Source: Terriglobales bacterium
Lineage (GTDB): Bacteria > Acidobacteriota > Terriglobia > Terriglobales > Acidobacteriaceae
Reading direction: 5' to 3'
Assembly (NCBI GenBank): GCA_050010155.1
Contig: JBEKLO010000012.1
Coordinates: 100 to 64,099, forward strand
DNA: 64,000 nt
Below are positions 1 to 9,234 of this stretch, piece after piece. Each line of letters opens with the position of its first letter. Positions within the stretch are counted from its first letter, which is position 1. Below the pieces are notes generated by a model, which saw nothing but the letters and a program-made list of their open reading frames with translations, was not told the origin of the DNA and ran no database searches. Made by a program: the position numbers and the translations under genes.

Positions 1-130
1 AATGAGGCATACAGTGTCGTGGAGTCGCTGTTGGCTTAGATGTCCCCCTGTGCTCTGGGTTCCCCGTGGCTATCTTTTTTTACGACCGCGGACATAGAGG
101 AGCACATTCGTAAGTCATTCGAGGTCCCCG

Positions 131-496
131 ATGGACGATCGCGTCCGATTCATCAGGCACCGCGGCAAGCAGATCCTGCTGCTCGACTTTTCGCATGCCA
201 ATGCCCACGAGATGCAGCTTCTGCTTGAGCACGTGCGCATCACCGTCGCGAAGCACGCGCACGAGTCGCTAGTCACGCTCGCCGACTTCACCGATTCCAC
301 AGTCGATCATCCGGTTGCAACCAAGATCAAAGAAGTCCTGACGCTTGACCGTCCGTTTGTGAAAAAGACGGCATGGGTCGGCGCGGAAAGCATCCCGAAG
401 TCCTTCATGGAGAACTTTGAGAGTTTTTCTCGACGCGAGATTGTGACCTTCAAGACGCGGGAAGAGGCGATGGACTGGCTGGTGGACCAACAATGA
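131..496 (+). CDS. Hypothetical protein, possibly STAS/SpoIIAA-like fold
   Basis: 121-aa ORF with protein-like composition, directly upstream of the lipase gene. The fold guess is from memory of small STAS-like proteins only. Confidence 0.45.
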   Translation: MDDRVRFIRHRGKQILLLDFSHANAHEMQLLLEHVRITVAKHAHESLVTLADFTDSTVDHPVATKIKEVLTLDRPFVKKTAWVGAESIPKSFMENFESFSRREIVTFKTREEAMDWLVDQQ

Positions 497-550
497 AATG
501 TGATTAGTGGATCGTGCTCCGGTTCGAGAGGTGTTCTTCGGAGGTGCTTC

Positions 551-1450
551 ATGGGCCGGCCCCTGGTGAATAGTGAAGCGGTTCTTTATGGCAAGTTGGT
601 GCAGGGCGCATATGCGCTATTTAAGCGCGAGCCCAGCAATTTGCGCCCCGAACCTCAGCCCGGCGATCTTCCGGATCCCTATGAATTTGTGGCCTGGATC
701 CGCATGTCGGATTTTATTCCCTTCCGCTCGGAACCCAGGTTCTACGGCTACGTCGCGCGTAATAAAAACAACCAGCAAGATTTTGCGATCGCCTTCCGCG
801 GCACTGAAGGTTGGGCCGAATGGTGGGATGATGCCTCCGCGTATCTCATCCACTTCGCGCAGCTTCCGCAGGCGGGGCTGGTGGCGCACGGCTTCGACAG
901 GATTTACAGCACGCTGCAGATCGAACAGCATCCCCGCACCTTCCCGGCTTTGATGGAAGGCCCTGTGCCGCAACTACAAGGATCGTTCGGTGACCAGTTG
1001 GCGCAGTTGCACTTGCGGCTGGAGAAAACGAGCACCAGACGAGCGATCATCAACGAAAGCAAAGGCCGCCCCGAACGCCCTTACATCGTCACCGGCCACA
1101 GCCTGGGGGCGGCGCTGACAACGCTTTTCGTGATGGAGAACGAGGCAAAGAAAAAGTTTGATATTACGACGTCATGTAAGTTCGCCTCGCCCCGCGTCGG
1201 CAATGCGGTTTTTGCACAGGCGTTCAATGCGCTGCCCATTGCATCGTGGCGCATCGTCAACTCACTCGACTTGGTGCCCAAGCTTCCGCTGGATATCCCG
1301 CCTCTGTTTGCCTATCAGCATGTCAATACGATCTATGGATTTTCGGCCGAGGGGATGGTAAAGCCAAACGCCGGATGCTGGCACTCGATGGACACGTACC
1401 TACATTGGTTGGACGGGACCTTGCCGGTTGATGATAGTTGCAAACCGTAG
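551..1450 (+). CDS. Class 3 lipase family alpha/beta hydrolase
   Basis: Nucleophile-elbow motif VTGHSLGAALTTLF typical of Lipase_3. Start moved to ATG 551 (MGRPLV...) within ORF 500-1450. Confidence 0.8.
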   Translation: MGRPLVNSEAVLYGKLVQGAYALFKREPSNLRPEPQPGDLPDPYEFVAWIRMSDFIPFRSEPRFYGYVARNKNNQQDFAIAFRGTEGWAEWWDDASAYLIHFAQLPQAGLVAHGFDRIYSTLQIEQHPRTFPALMEGPVPQLQGSFGDQLAQLHLRLEKTSTRRAIINESKGRPERPYIVTGHSLGAALTTLFVMENEAKKKFDITTSCKFASPRVGNAVFAQAFNALPIASWRIVNSLDLVPKLPLDIPPLFAYQHVNTIYGFSAEGMVKPNAGCWHSMDTYLHWLDGTLPVDDSCKP

Positions 1451-1457
1451 AGCAGGT

Positions 1458-1561
1458 GTCGGGTTTCGAGTGTCAGGTCTCAGGAAATCATGTTCGTCAG
1501 CTCAAGTATTCAATTATCCATTCGAAGAGAATTTCCTGAGACCTGGCACCTGGGACCCGAC
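1458..1561. repeat. Nested inverted repeat in the convergent lipase/Rieske gap
   Basis: Perfect 15-bp arms CAGGTCTCAGGAAAT (1474-1488) and ATTTCCTGAGACCTG (1531-1545) separated by a 42-nt AT-rich spacer. Outer 7-bp arms GTCGGGT (1458-1464) and ACCCGAC (1555-1561). Confidence 0.8.
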
Positions 1562-1571
1562 CCCGCCTTTC

Positions 1572-2687
1572 TCAGCTTCTCCACTTCAACGTCACTGGCC
1601 CGCTCATGGGATGCCGAAATTCGCCGCCGTTCCGCTTCATTTCCAGCATGGCGTTCTTCAACGCGAAATACCACTTCGCGGGACGGTCGGCGTCGTCGAT
1701 CAGCATGAGGTGCGGGTTATGTCGCAGGCCCTCGGACTGGAGTTCCATGGTGCGGCGATCCTGCTCCACAAATTTTGCGAAGACAAATTTCAACAACTCG
1801 GGGCCGAAGGGGATCCAGCGAAACAGGTTCCACGCGGCCACTACGTCGATGCGGCACTGGCTGCGCGTAATGGGAGTGACAGTGGTAAGGCTGGAGAACC
1901 AGTATTTTCCAACGCGAATGATTTCCGAGCGCAGGTTGGGCAGAACGAAGTCGATGGTCGTGGTGATCGAATCGGCGTCGGCATAAAGACGCAGAAGCTT
2001 GTAGGGAGCGCTATTCGAACTGGGCGTGTGCGCGCTCATGCGAAATCCGTAGGGGATCGGTTCGAAGTTTTTCTGCTTCTCGTGAATTGATTTCTGCGTG
2101 CGCCACCACCATGCCTGGTGGACGAACGGGCCGTGCGCGGGATCCATCAGTCCGATAATGCCGTGATCGACGGAGCAGGGCAGGTCGGCGGTGAGGTAAG
2201 CGAGTTTGCACTGCTCGCTGAATTTCGGAATCTCGGGCGCGGGCGCCGGAGCGGGCGTCGGCCTCGAAAATCCTGCTCCCGCGGGGCTGGGATCGGGAAT
2301 GTAGACCCAGATGAAATCGTCGCGCTCTTCACAGGGATAGCTGCCCGCGTAGATGCGGTCGATTTTCAAAGTTTGCTCAGGGACCAGTGACGGAATCAGC
2401 TTGCATTGGCCGGAGTGCGCGTCGAATCGCCAGCCATGGTACGAGCATTCGATTTGTTCGCCGTCGAATTGCCCGCAGGAAAGCGGCATGCCGCGATGCG
2501 GACAGGCGTCGCGCAGGGCAAAGGCCTGGCCTTGCCGATCGCGTCCGATTGCCAGCGGTTGCTCGAGCAACACCGCTTTCACCAGTTGTCCGCGGTGCAG
2601 TTGAGCGGCCGGAAGCGCGCGATACCAAAACCCAAACAGCATGAGCGCATCGGGCGTCTGGGACTGGAGTGGAGAGTCGTCGGGCAT
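1572..2687 (-). CDS. Rieske [2Fe-2S] oxygenase (ring-hydroxylating alpha subunit / PaO-like)
   Basis: Rieske motif CPHRGMPLSCG...CSYHGWRF near the N-terminus. 371 aa, consistent with a Rieske plus catalytic domain. Confidence 0.85.
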   Translation of the reverse strand: MPDDSPLQSQTPDALMLFGFWYRALPAAQLHRGQLVKAVLLEQPLAIGRDRQGQAFALRDACPHRGMPLSCGQFDGEQIECSYHGWRFDAHSGQCKLIPSLVPEQTLKIDRIYAGSYPCEERDDFIWVYIPDPSPAGAGFSRPTPAPAPAPEIPKFSEQCKLAYLTADLPCSVDHGIIGLMDPAHGPFVHQAWWWRTQKSIHEKQKNFEPIPYGFRMSAHTPSSNSAPYKLLRLYADADSITTTIDFVLPNLRSEIIRVGKYWFSSLTTVTPITRSQCRIDVVAAWNLFRWIPFGPELLKFVFAKFVEQDRRTMELQSEGLRHNPHLMLIDDADRPAKWYFALKNAMLEMKRNGGEFRHPMSGPVTLKWRS

Positions 2688-2799
2688 CGGAACAGGTGAG
2701 GATACCGCAGCGGCTGCAAAAGCAAAACCTTAAACGCGGAGAACGCAGAGGACACCAACGCAGAGGTCGCGGGGAAATCAGAAGCACCAGTGAACGGAT

Positions 2800-4554
2800 C
2801 TATACGCAGGGCCCTTGGCGTAGGCGCGCTTTCAGCCGGCCGTAGGACTCGCGGGCTACTCCCGGAAGCTCTATGTGGGTTAAGAAGATCTTGCGAAGGG
2901 CGGCGGTGGTCAGGCGGCCATCGAGGTAGGCATCGTACAGATCGTTGCCAGTGAGATATCCGAGTTGTTCGGCGATGTATTCATACTTGCGGCCAGTGCA
3001 GGCTGGAGCCGGCGCCTCACGACCATCGCCGGCGCGGTGTTGGATCAAGAAGTCGAGAGCGTCGACGGCGTCGGCAAAGGGAAGCGCAGTCTGGTGTTCC
3101 AGGTCTTCACGAGTCACGTCAAACAACTCCGCCAGATCACGGTCGCGGAGAGCTGGCCGCGCGGGGTACAGGATGCGCGATCCAAAAAATGCAAGCGCAT
3201 GTTCCAGGACGGTTGCGTAGAACATGTCGTCTCTGTCGAGCGGCTTGGCGCCGGATGCCACGTGCGCTTCGGGCCCCTTGCCGTTCGCAAGATTCGGCAG
3301 TCCGCGACAGGCCTGATGCAGGAAGCGCGTGGCATCTTCGGCAGACGAGGTCATGTGAAACTTGCGCACGTATACGGCGTTGATGGGCGTGAGGTAGACG
3401 CTGCCGCGCTCGCGGACCTGGCGGAGCAACGTTCTCCGGCGTTCTGCCGTGAATCCTTTGCGGGACAATAGCCGGCGCAGAAGCGCGTCTGAACTGCGCG
3501 AATAGACTTCGGGCATAAGGTCAACCAAGAGCCTGGGCTGCGTGGTGTTGTGTGGAGAGTACTGATTGATGCCGAGAAAACGTACCATGCCGTCAATCAG
3601 GTTGTAGAGCGTCGGACCGAGGTCGGGGGCGCTGCGGTCGTTATCGCTGCGTCCCCAGCGGTCAAGGCAGAGGCGGTAGTTCTCGTATTTCTCCAGCGGC
3701 GTGGCATTGAAGACGCACAGAACATTTTCGCGAACGCCTTTGCGGACCTCTTTGCGGACTTCCACAGCTTCGACGTGGTCGCGAGCTTCTCCCGCCGACT
3801 GCCAGTACAAGGCGTCAACATTTTGCAGAACGGTGAGCATCGGTTCCGCGGGAAGCCTCTCCTGAATCAGGGCTGGGAGATGCTGTGGAGCGAGGTGGGA
3901 CTCGCCGAACAGCACGACGATGAGCGCCTCGGGATGCTGGCGGCGAAGCGTGGCAATCTTGTCGGCGGCGTGACGATCCCGCGCTCCAATTTTGCGCAGA
4001 TCTTCGCGAGGCATGCAATCGAGCCCGCAGACCGATGCTCCATGATTTCGCGCGGCCGATAGCAATTCATAAAACGGGGTCCAGTCGTATCCCCAGTCAA
4101 GGTCGAAACGGATGCGCTGGCGCAGTTCGTTTTCATCGATCTCGTCGCGGAGCCATTCGTCGAGAATATGCTGATCGCGGGAAAAAACAGTTTCGAGACC
4201 CAACACTACCGGACGTTGGTGGAAATCGTAATCGCGGAGCAGCGACGACAAATAGCGCTGCGAGTTGGGCAGCGCGTGATAATCACCGACCAAAACAGTG
4301 CCAGCTTTGGCTATTTCCTGACGAACGTCGGCCGCCGTAATTACGTTCTGATAAGAACAGTAGGCCTCGCGAAAGTCGCGCAGATATTTGCGCCCGGCGA
4401 CAGGATCGATGGTGCGAATCTCACGCTCGACGCTGGCGATGGCGTGGAGTTGAGCCGCACAGCGCCGCGATCGTAAGATGCCGGTGGTTGCCATAAATTC
4501 GTCGTTCGCCGTCCGCTGTTCGTCTTTCGCTATTCGTGGTTCGCCGCTTCGCAT
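2800..4554 (-). CDS. ChaN/Tiki-superfamily (haem-binding uptake-like) domain protein with an uncharacterised C-terminal half
   Basis: N-terminal half has VLVGDYHALPNSQ... and VVLFGESHLAP segments resembling the ChaN (Cofac_haem_bdg) GxxH / GExH signatures. An alternative start at ATG 4494 (MATTGIL) is possible. Confidence 0.65.
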   Translation of the reverse strand: MRSGEPRIAKDEQRTANDEFMATTGILRSRRCAAQLHAIASVEREIRTIDPVAGRKYLRDFREAYCSYQNVITAADVRQEIAKAGTVLVGDYHALPNSQRYLSSLLRDYDFHQRPVVLGLETVFSRDQHILDEWLRDEIDENELRQRIRFDLDWGYDWTPFYELLSAARNHGASVCGLDCMPREDLRKIGARDRHAADKIATLRRQHPEALIVVLFGESHLAPQHLPALIQERLPAEPMLTVLQNVDALYWQSAGEARDHVEAVEVRKEVRKGVRENVLCVFNATPLEKYENYRLCLDRWGRSDNDRSAPDLGPTLYNLIDGMVRFLGINQYSPHNTTQPRLLVDLMPEVYSRSSDALLRRLLSRKGFTAERRRTLLRQVRERGSVYLTPINAVYVRKFHMTSSAEDATRFLHQACRGLPNLANGKGPEAHVASGAKPLDRDDMFYATVLEHALAFFGSRILYPARPALRDRDLAELFDVTREDLEHQTALPFADAVDALDFLIQHRAGDGREAPAPACTGRKYEYIAEQLGYLTGNDLYDAYLDGRLTTAALRKIFLTHIELPGVARESYGRLKARLRQGPCV

Positions 4555-4716
4555 TGCGGCATCGCCCTAGCAACGCCGCGGAGCGCTCGAACTCATGCGT
4601 CCCCTTAGCGGCTGGTCATCTAGCGGCCGATCATCGAAAGTCGACCCCTCCGCGACCCGGTCTCCTTGACTTGCTTTTGCCGCATCCCTATCCTCAGCAT
4701 TCGAGGCCCGCATTGG

Positions 4717-5337
4717 ATGCCTCGCGGAGTACAAACTTTGCTGCTTGCGCCGGAAAATTTGACCGTTGCCACCACTGGCGCCAGCGGCTCGTTATTTCTG
4801 AAGCACTTTCTACTGGCCGTCGAACGCGATTCTCGAGTAAAGACCGTAAACTTCATCGCTTCTGACAGCGGCTTGCGCGTCCTGGCCGAAGAACTCGACG
4901 TCGAAGGCCGTTCCGACCTTCTACGTCAAATCATCGGCGTTCCTTCCGCGAAAATTCAGCAGCAGTCCAACAGCGATATCGGGGCCAACGTGGCCAGCGG
5001 GTCATATCCTTCTGACGCGATGGTCGTAATCCCATGCAGCGTTGGCACCCTCGGCCGCATTGCCAACGGCATAGCCTCGCGCCTGATTGAGCGTGCCGCC
5101 GATGTCACGCTCAAGGAGCGTCGGCCGCTCGTGCTCTGCGTTCGCGAGACGCCGCTCAACAAAATCCACATTCGCAACATGTCGCTGGCCGCGGACGCTG
5201 GTGCGACCATCTTTCCGCTGATCCCAACCTTCTATAACCACCCGTCGAGCGCCGACGCCATGGCACACGAATTCGCGAACCGGGTGTTGGCCCACATAGG
5301 GCTGTCCCAACCAGATGCATACCGCTGGAAGGGCTAA
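4717..5337 (+). CDS. ubiX: UbiX-family flavin prenyltransferase
   Basis: VATTGASGS P-loop-like N-terminus, PCSVGTLGRIANG and LVLCVRETPL segments typical of UbiX/Pad1. The start is uncertain (ORF opens at 4666; ATG at 4717). Confidence 0.85.
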   Translation: MPRGVQTLLLAPENLTVATTGASGSLFLKHFLLAVERDSRVKTVNFIASDSGLRVLAEELDVEGRSDLLRQIIGVPSAKIQQQSNSDIGANVASGSYPSDAMVVIPCSVGTLGRIANGIASRLIERAADVTLKERRPLVLCVRETPLNKIHIRNMSLAADAGATIFPLIPTFYNHPSSADAMAHEFANRVLAHIGLSQPDAYRWKG

Positions 5338-5545
5338 ACCCAGCTGAAAGACCTGTGACTCGGGGGACTTTGGGGAAAGCCTTTCCTGCCTTGCAGGGTT
5401 ACTTTTAGTCTAGGGAACGGGTAGTAACGAAGGTAGGTATCTGGGGGGCATGTACTGCGAGTGCTGGGATGTGCCGCGGCGTGCATCCACAGTGCGCATG
5501 GGGGATTCCGCACAGTTCGCTCGAAGATGCTAAATTAGAAGGTTC

Positions 5546-6607
5546 ATGTCTGCCCCTAATTCTCTCTTTATTCGCGCCGCCAAGGCTGAGCCTGCTGAGC
5601 GGACACCAGTCTGGTTCATGCGCCAGGCCGGACGCTACATGCCGGAGTATCGCGCCATCCGCAAGCAATACTCTCTGATCGAGATCTGCAAGAAGCCGGA
5701 AGTCGCGGCGCAAGTGACGATTGAAGCTGCCGAGATCCTAAAAGTCGATGCCGCGATCATTTTTGCCGACCTTCTGCTTCCGCTCGAAGTCATGGGGCTG
5801 CCGTTTCACTTCGCCGCCGGAGAAGGACCGAAAATCGAGAAGCCGGTACGCACGGCCGAAGACATTGCCCACCTGCGCACCGACCGCGCCGCCGACCTCG
5901 GCTATGTTTCCGAGGCCGTGAAGCTTGTTTGCAAGCACTTCGGCGATAAGCTCCCAGTCATTGGCTTCTGTGGAGCGCCCTTCACACTTGCCAGCTACAT
6001 GATCGAGGGCGGAGGCTCGCGCAATTACCTTTTCACCAAGAAGATGATGTACTCCGCGCCCGCCGCGTGGAACGAACTGATGAAAAAGTTGGTTGCGGTG
6101 ACCGCCGAGTATTCCACCGAGCAGGTTCGTGCCGGGGCCGACACTATTCAGATTTTTGATAGCTGGGTCGGCTGCCTGAGCGTCGAAGATTATCGGCGGT
6201 ATGTTTTGCCGCACGTGACCGACCTGGTGAAACGCCTGCAAAAGACCGGCGTGCCTGTCATCTACTTCGGTACCGACAGCTCGACGCTTCTCCCCTCGAT
6301 GCAGCAAGCGGGTGCCGAGGTCGTTGGCCTGGACTGGCGCATTCCGCTCGACACCGGATGGCAGAGCCTCGGCCTGAAGGGTGCAGTGCAGGGAAATCTG
6401 GATCCGGTGCTCTTGTTCGCGGATTGGAAAGAACTCAAGAAGCGGGCGGAAGACATTTTGCGCCAGGCCGCCGGACGTCCCGGCCACATCTTCAATCTCG
6501 GCCACGGCATTCTTCCGGAAACTCCGGTGGAGAACGTGAAAGCCCTCTGCGATTTCATCCGCGAGCACTCAGCCGATTTCAAGTCAGCGGTTAAGAGCAA
6601 GCATTGA
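5546..6607 (+). CDS. hemE: Uroporphyrinogen decarboxylase
   Basis: PVWFMRQAGRYMPEYR N-terminal signature and full-length (353 aa) similarity to HemE. Confidence 0.95.
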   Translation: MSAPNSLFIRAAKAEPAERTPVWFMRQAGRYMPEYRAIRKQYSLIEICKKPEVAAQVTIEAAEILKVDAAIIFADLLLPLEVMGLPFHFAAGEGPKIEKPVRTAEDIAHLRTDRAADLGYVSEAVKLVCKHFGDKLPVIGFCGAPFTLASYMIEGGGSRNYLFTKKMMYSAPAAWNELMKKLVAVTAEYSTEQVRAGADTIQIFDSWVGCLSVEDYRRYVLPHVTDLVKRLQKTGVPVIYFGTDSSTLLPSMQQAGAEVVGLDWRIPLDTGWQSLGLKGAVQGNLDPVLLFADWKELKKRAEDILRQAAGRPGHIFNLGHGILPETPVENVKALCDFIREHSADFKSAVKSKH

Positions 6608-6642
6608 TGGTCCCTTTTTTGAAGTTGTCCTCTTTAATGAAT

Positions 6643-6685
6643 TGTCATCCTGACCCTGAGCTTGTCGAAGGGGAAGGACCTGCAG
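6643..6685 (+). repeat. Copy of a dispersed intergenic element (TGTCATCCTGA...GTCGAAGG...GGACCTGCAG)
   Basis: TGTCATCCTGACCCTGAGCTTGTCGAAGGGGAAGGACCTGCAG lies between hemE and hemH. It shares the 5' box with copies at 23791 and 25106, and the GTCGAAGG box with 25106. Confidence 0.6.
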
Positions 6686-6713
6686 TTCGCGGCGTTACGC
6701 AGGAGCGCGGGAA

Positions 6714-7709
6714 ATGACGCCCTGCCCGCTAGGCCGCGACGCCAAGTGCTATTGTGCGAACCAGGTGAGTTCGTTCGCCTCCGCCAAGCCCGCGAAAATC
6801 GCTGTGCTTCTGCTCGCCCACGGCAGCCCCGAGAATCCTGATCAAATTCCCGAGTTTCTAAGTTACGTCACCGGCGGACGCCCGCTACCGCCAGCCGTCG
6901 TCGAAGAGATTCGCCACCGCTACTCGCTGATTGGTTTTTCGCCACTTCCCTGCTGGACTCTTCTGCAAGCCGATCAACTTTCTCAATCTTTGCAGATGCC
7001 GGTCTTCGTCGGCATGCGCAACTGGAAGCCCTTCATCGCCGATGCGGTGAAGAAAATTGCGAGTGAGGGATATGAGCGTGTCATCGCCATTTGCCTCGCG
7101 CCGCAGAACTCGCGCACCAGCGTTGGCCTCTATCGCAGCGCCGTTAGTAGCGACGCGAGCGCTGCGGAGAATCTTCCTTTCAAGCTGGACTTCGTCGAGG
7201 AGTGGCACGACGAGCCCTTGCTAGCCACGGCGTTTGCCGAAAAACTACGCGCAGCCTGGGGAAAAGCCAGCTCCGAAAACGGAGCGGAGCTCCCCGTGAT
7301 CTTCACCGCGCACAGTGTTCCGCAGCGTACGATCACGGAAGGGGATCCCTATCAAAGACAATCCCACGAAACCGCCGAACTGGTAGCCAAAGAGGCGGGC
7401 CTGACCAGCGAAAACTGGACCTTTGCCTTCCAGAGCCAGGGTATGTCTGGCGGCCAGTGGATCGGACCCACCGTAGAAGATACGATCAGAAGTCTGAAGG
7501 CGAAAGGCCATCGCGGCGTATTCCTGCACCCCATCGGATTTGTCTGCGATCACGTGGAAGTCCTCTACGATATCGACATCGCCTTCAAACAGTTCGCGGA
7601 AAAAGAAGGCATGCGCCTGTGGCGAGCCGAATCGTTGAACGGATCGAAAACGCTGACCGCGGCCTTGGCGGAAGTAGTACGCAATCGAATGAGGGCGCCG
7701 GGGCAGTAG
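6714..7709 (+). CDS. hemH: Ferrochelatase (possibly coproporphyrin ferrochelatase type)
   Basis: IAVLLLAHGSP, FTAHSVP and FVCDHVEVLYDIDI motifs typical of HemH. The true start may be GTG 6766. Confidence 0.9.
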   Translation: MTPCPLGRDAKCYCANQVSSFASAKPAKIAVLLLAHGSPENPDQIPEFLSYVTGGRPLPPAVVEEIRHRYSLIGFSPLPCWTLLQADQLSQSLQMPVFVGMRNWKPFIADAVKKIASEGYERVIAICLAPQNSRTSVGLYRSAVSSDASAAENLPFKLDFVEEWHDEPLLATAFAEKLRAAWGKASSENGAELPVIFTAHSVPQRTITEGDPYQRQSHETAELVAKEAGLTSENWTFAFQSQGMSGGQWIGPTVEDTIRSLKAKGHRGVFLHPIGFVCDHVEVLYDIDIAFKQFAEKEGMRLWRAESLNGSKTLTAALAEVVRNRMRAPGQ

Positions 7710-7737
7710 CGAACACCAAAATGCGGAGAGCGAATTC

Positions 7738-9096
7738 ATGAAACGTATTGCCATCATCGGCGGCACGCCCGTCGAATACGTTCTGTTCGAGTCCAGTCCG
7801 CGCCTGGGTGGTGTGCTCGTCACCGATCATGTCGACGGCTGCATCATCGAAGCCGGTCCCGATTCGTTCTTGACCGAGAAGCCCTGGGCGGCCGACCTGT
7901 GCCGCAAGGTCGGGTTGGGCGACCAACTCATCGGCTCGAACGACTCCGACCGGAAGACCTACATCCTGACCAAGGGCAAACTGGTGGAGCTGCCCGATGG
8001 ACTTATGTTCATGGTGCCCACCAAGATCATCCCCACCGTTCTCTCTCCGCTGTTTTCCGTACGCACAAAATTACGCATGGCTGCCGAATGGTTCCATCCG
8101 CCGCACAAGGCCACCGAGGACGAGACGGTCGCACAGATGGTCGAACGGCACTACGGATCTGAGATGGTTGACCTGCTGGCTGATCCCCTGCTCTCGGGAG
8201 TTTACGGCGGCGAGGCTTCGCAGTTGAGCGTGCGCGCCGTGTTGCCCCGCTTCGCCGACATGGAAGCGAAACATGGCAGCCTCGGCCGAGCCATGCTCTC
8301 CGCTCGCATGAAATTGGCTGCCGCGACGAAGGCTCCGGCACGTCCGCTGTTCAGTTCGCTCAAAGACGGCATGCAGCAGATGGTCGATGCCGTGGTCGCG
8401 TGCCTCAACGCGAGCTCACTGAAGACGTCTGTGCCGGTACAGTCGGTGATCCGGCAAGATAACGGCTGGACGGTTTCCGCCGGATACGAGACTGACCACT
8501 TCGACGCCCTGATCATGGCAATCCCGACGCAAGCTGCAGCGGCCGTGGTGCAAGCGGCGGATAAGGACCTGTCCCGCGATCTCGGCGGAATTCAGTACAG
8601 CTCTTCGGTGACGGTCACCCTCGGGTACGACGAAAAAGTGCGGGCCTCGCTTCCGCCGGGCTTCGGATTTCTGATTCCGCGCAGTGAAGGCCATCGTATG
8701 CTCGCGGCCACCTTCGTCCACAACAAATTTCCGCACCGTGCGCCGCAAAATCGCGCCATCGTTCGCTGCTTTCTTGGCGGCGCGCGCGACGAGCAGATCC
8801 TGCAAGTGAGCGAACCAGGAATCCTCGAGATCGTTCGCAGCGAACTTCGGGAGATTATTGGCCTCAACGCCGAACCCCTGTTTGCGCGCGTCTACAAATG
8901 GAAATCTGCCATGGCGCAGTATTCGGTCGGCCATCTCGAGCGCCTGCAGCGCATCGAATTGCTCCGCCAGAAGCTTCCGGGTCTGGCCCTCGCTGGCAAC
9001 GGCTATAACGGCATCGGAGTTCCCGACTGTGTTCGATCCGGCGCCGAAGCAGCCGGGAAAGTCCTCGCCGAGATGGGGATGTGGTCCTCCGCCTAG
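7738..9096 (+). CDS. hemY: HemY-type protoporphyrinogen/coproporphyrinogen oxidase with an abnormally short N-terminal dinucleotide-binding region
   Basis: RLGGV...GPDSF, C-terminal GNGYNGIGVPDCVRSG and overall length fit the HemY/CgoX family. The N-terminus reads MKRIAIIGG-TPVEYVLFES and lacks the rest of GxGxxG and helix A (see findings). Confidence 0.85.
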   Translation: MKRIAIIGGTPVEYVLFESSPRLGGVLVTDHVDGCIIEAGPDSFLTEKPWAADLCRKVGLGDQLIGSNDSDRKTYILTKGKLVELPDGLMFMVPTKIIPTVLSPLFSVRTKLRMAAEWFHPPHKATEDETVAQMVERHYGSEMVDLLADPLLSGVYGGEASQLSVRAVLPRFADMEAKHGSLGRAMLSARMKLAAATKAPARPLFSSLKDGMQQMVDAVVACLNASSLKTSVPVQSVIRQDNGWTVSAGYETDHFDALIMAIPTQAAAAVVQAADKDLSRDLGGIQYSSSVTVTLGYDEKVRASLPPGFGFLIPRSEGHRMLAATFVHNKFPHRAPQNRAIVRCFLGGARDEQILQVSEPGILEIVRSELREIIGLNAEPLFARVYKWKSAMAQYSVGHLERLQRIELLRQKLPGLALAGNGYNGIGVPDCVRSGAEAAGKVLAEMGMWSSA

Positions 9097-9234
9097 CCTC
9101 CGACACCCGTCGCGCCCTATCTGCGAGCATCCGAAATTACCAGCGTAACGTTCCCCACGGATTCCCGGTTGCACGCAACTGCAGCGCTGAGTCAGGGTTT
9201 ATATAATTGCCACATTGGAGGTGGGGGAATCGTT

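Noticed and set aside
8416-9174. 252-aa minus-strand ORF
   Set aside because: It is antisense to hemY. The same reasoning applies to 5738-6568 (antisense to hemE), 28520-29515 (antisense to ffh), 27816-28607 (antisense to the peroxiredoxin-like gene) and 55188-55943 (antisense to the methyltransferase).
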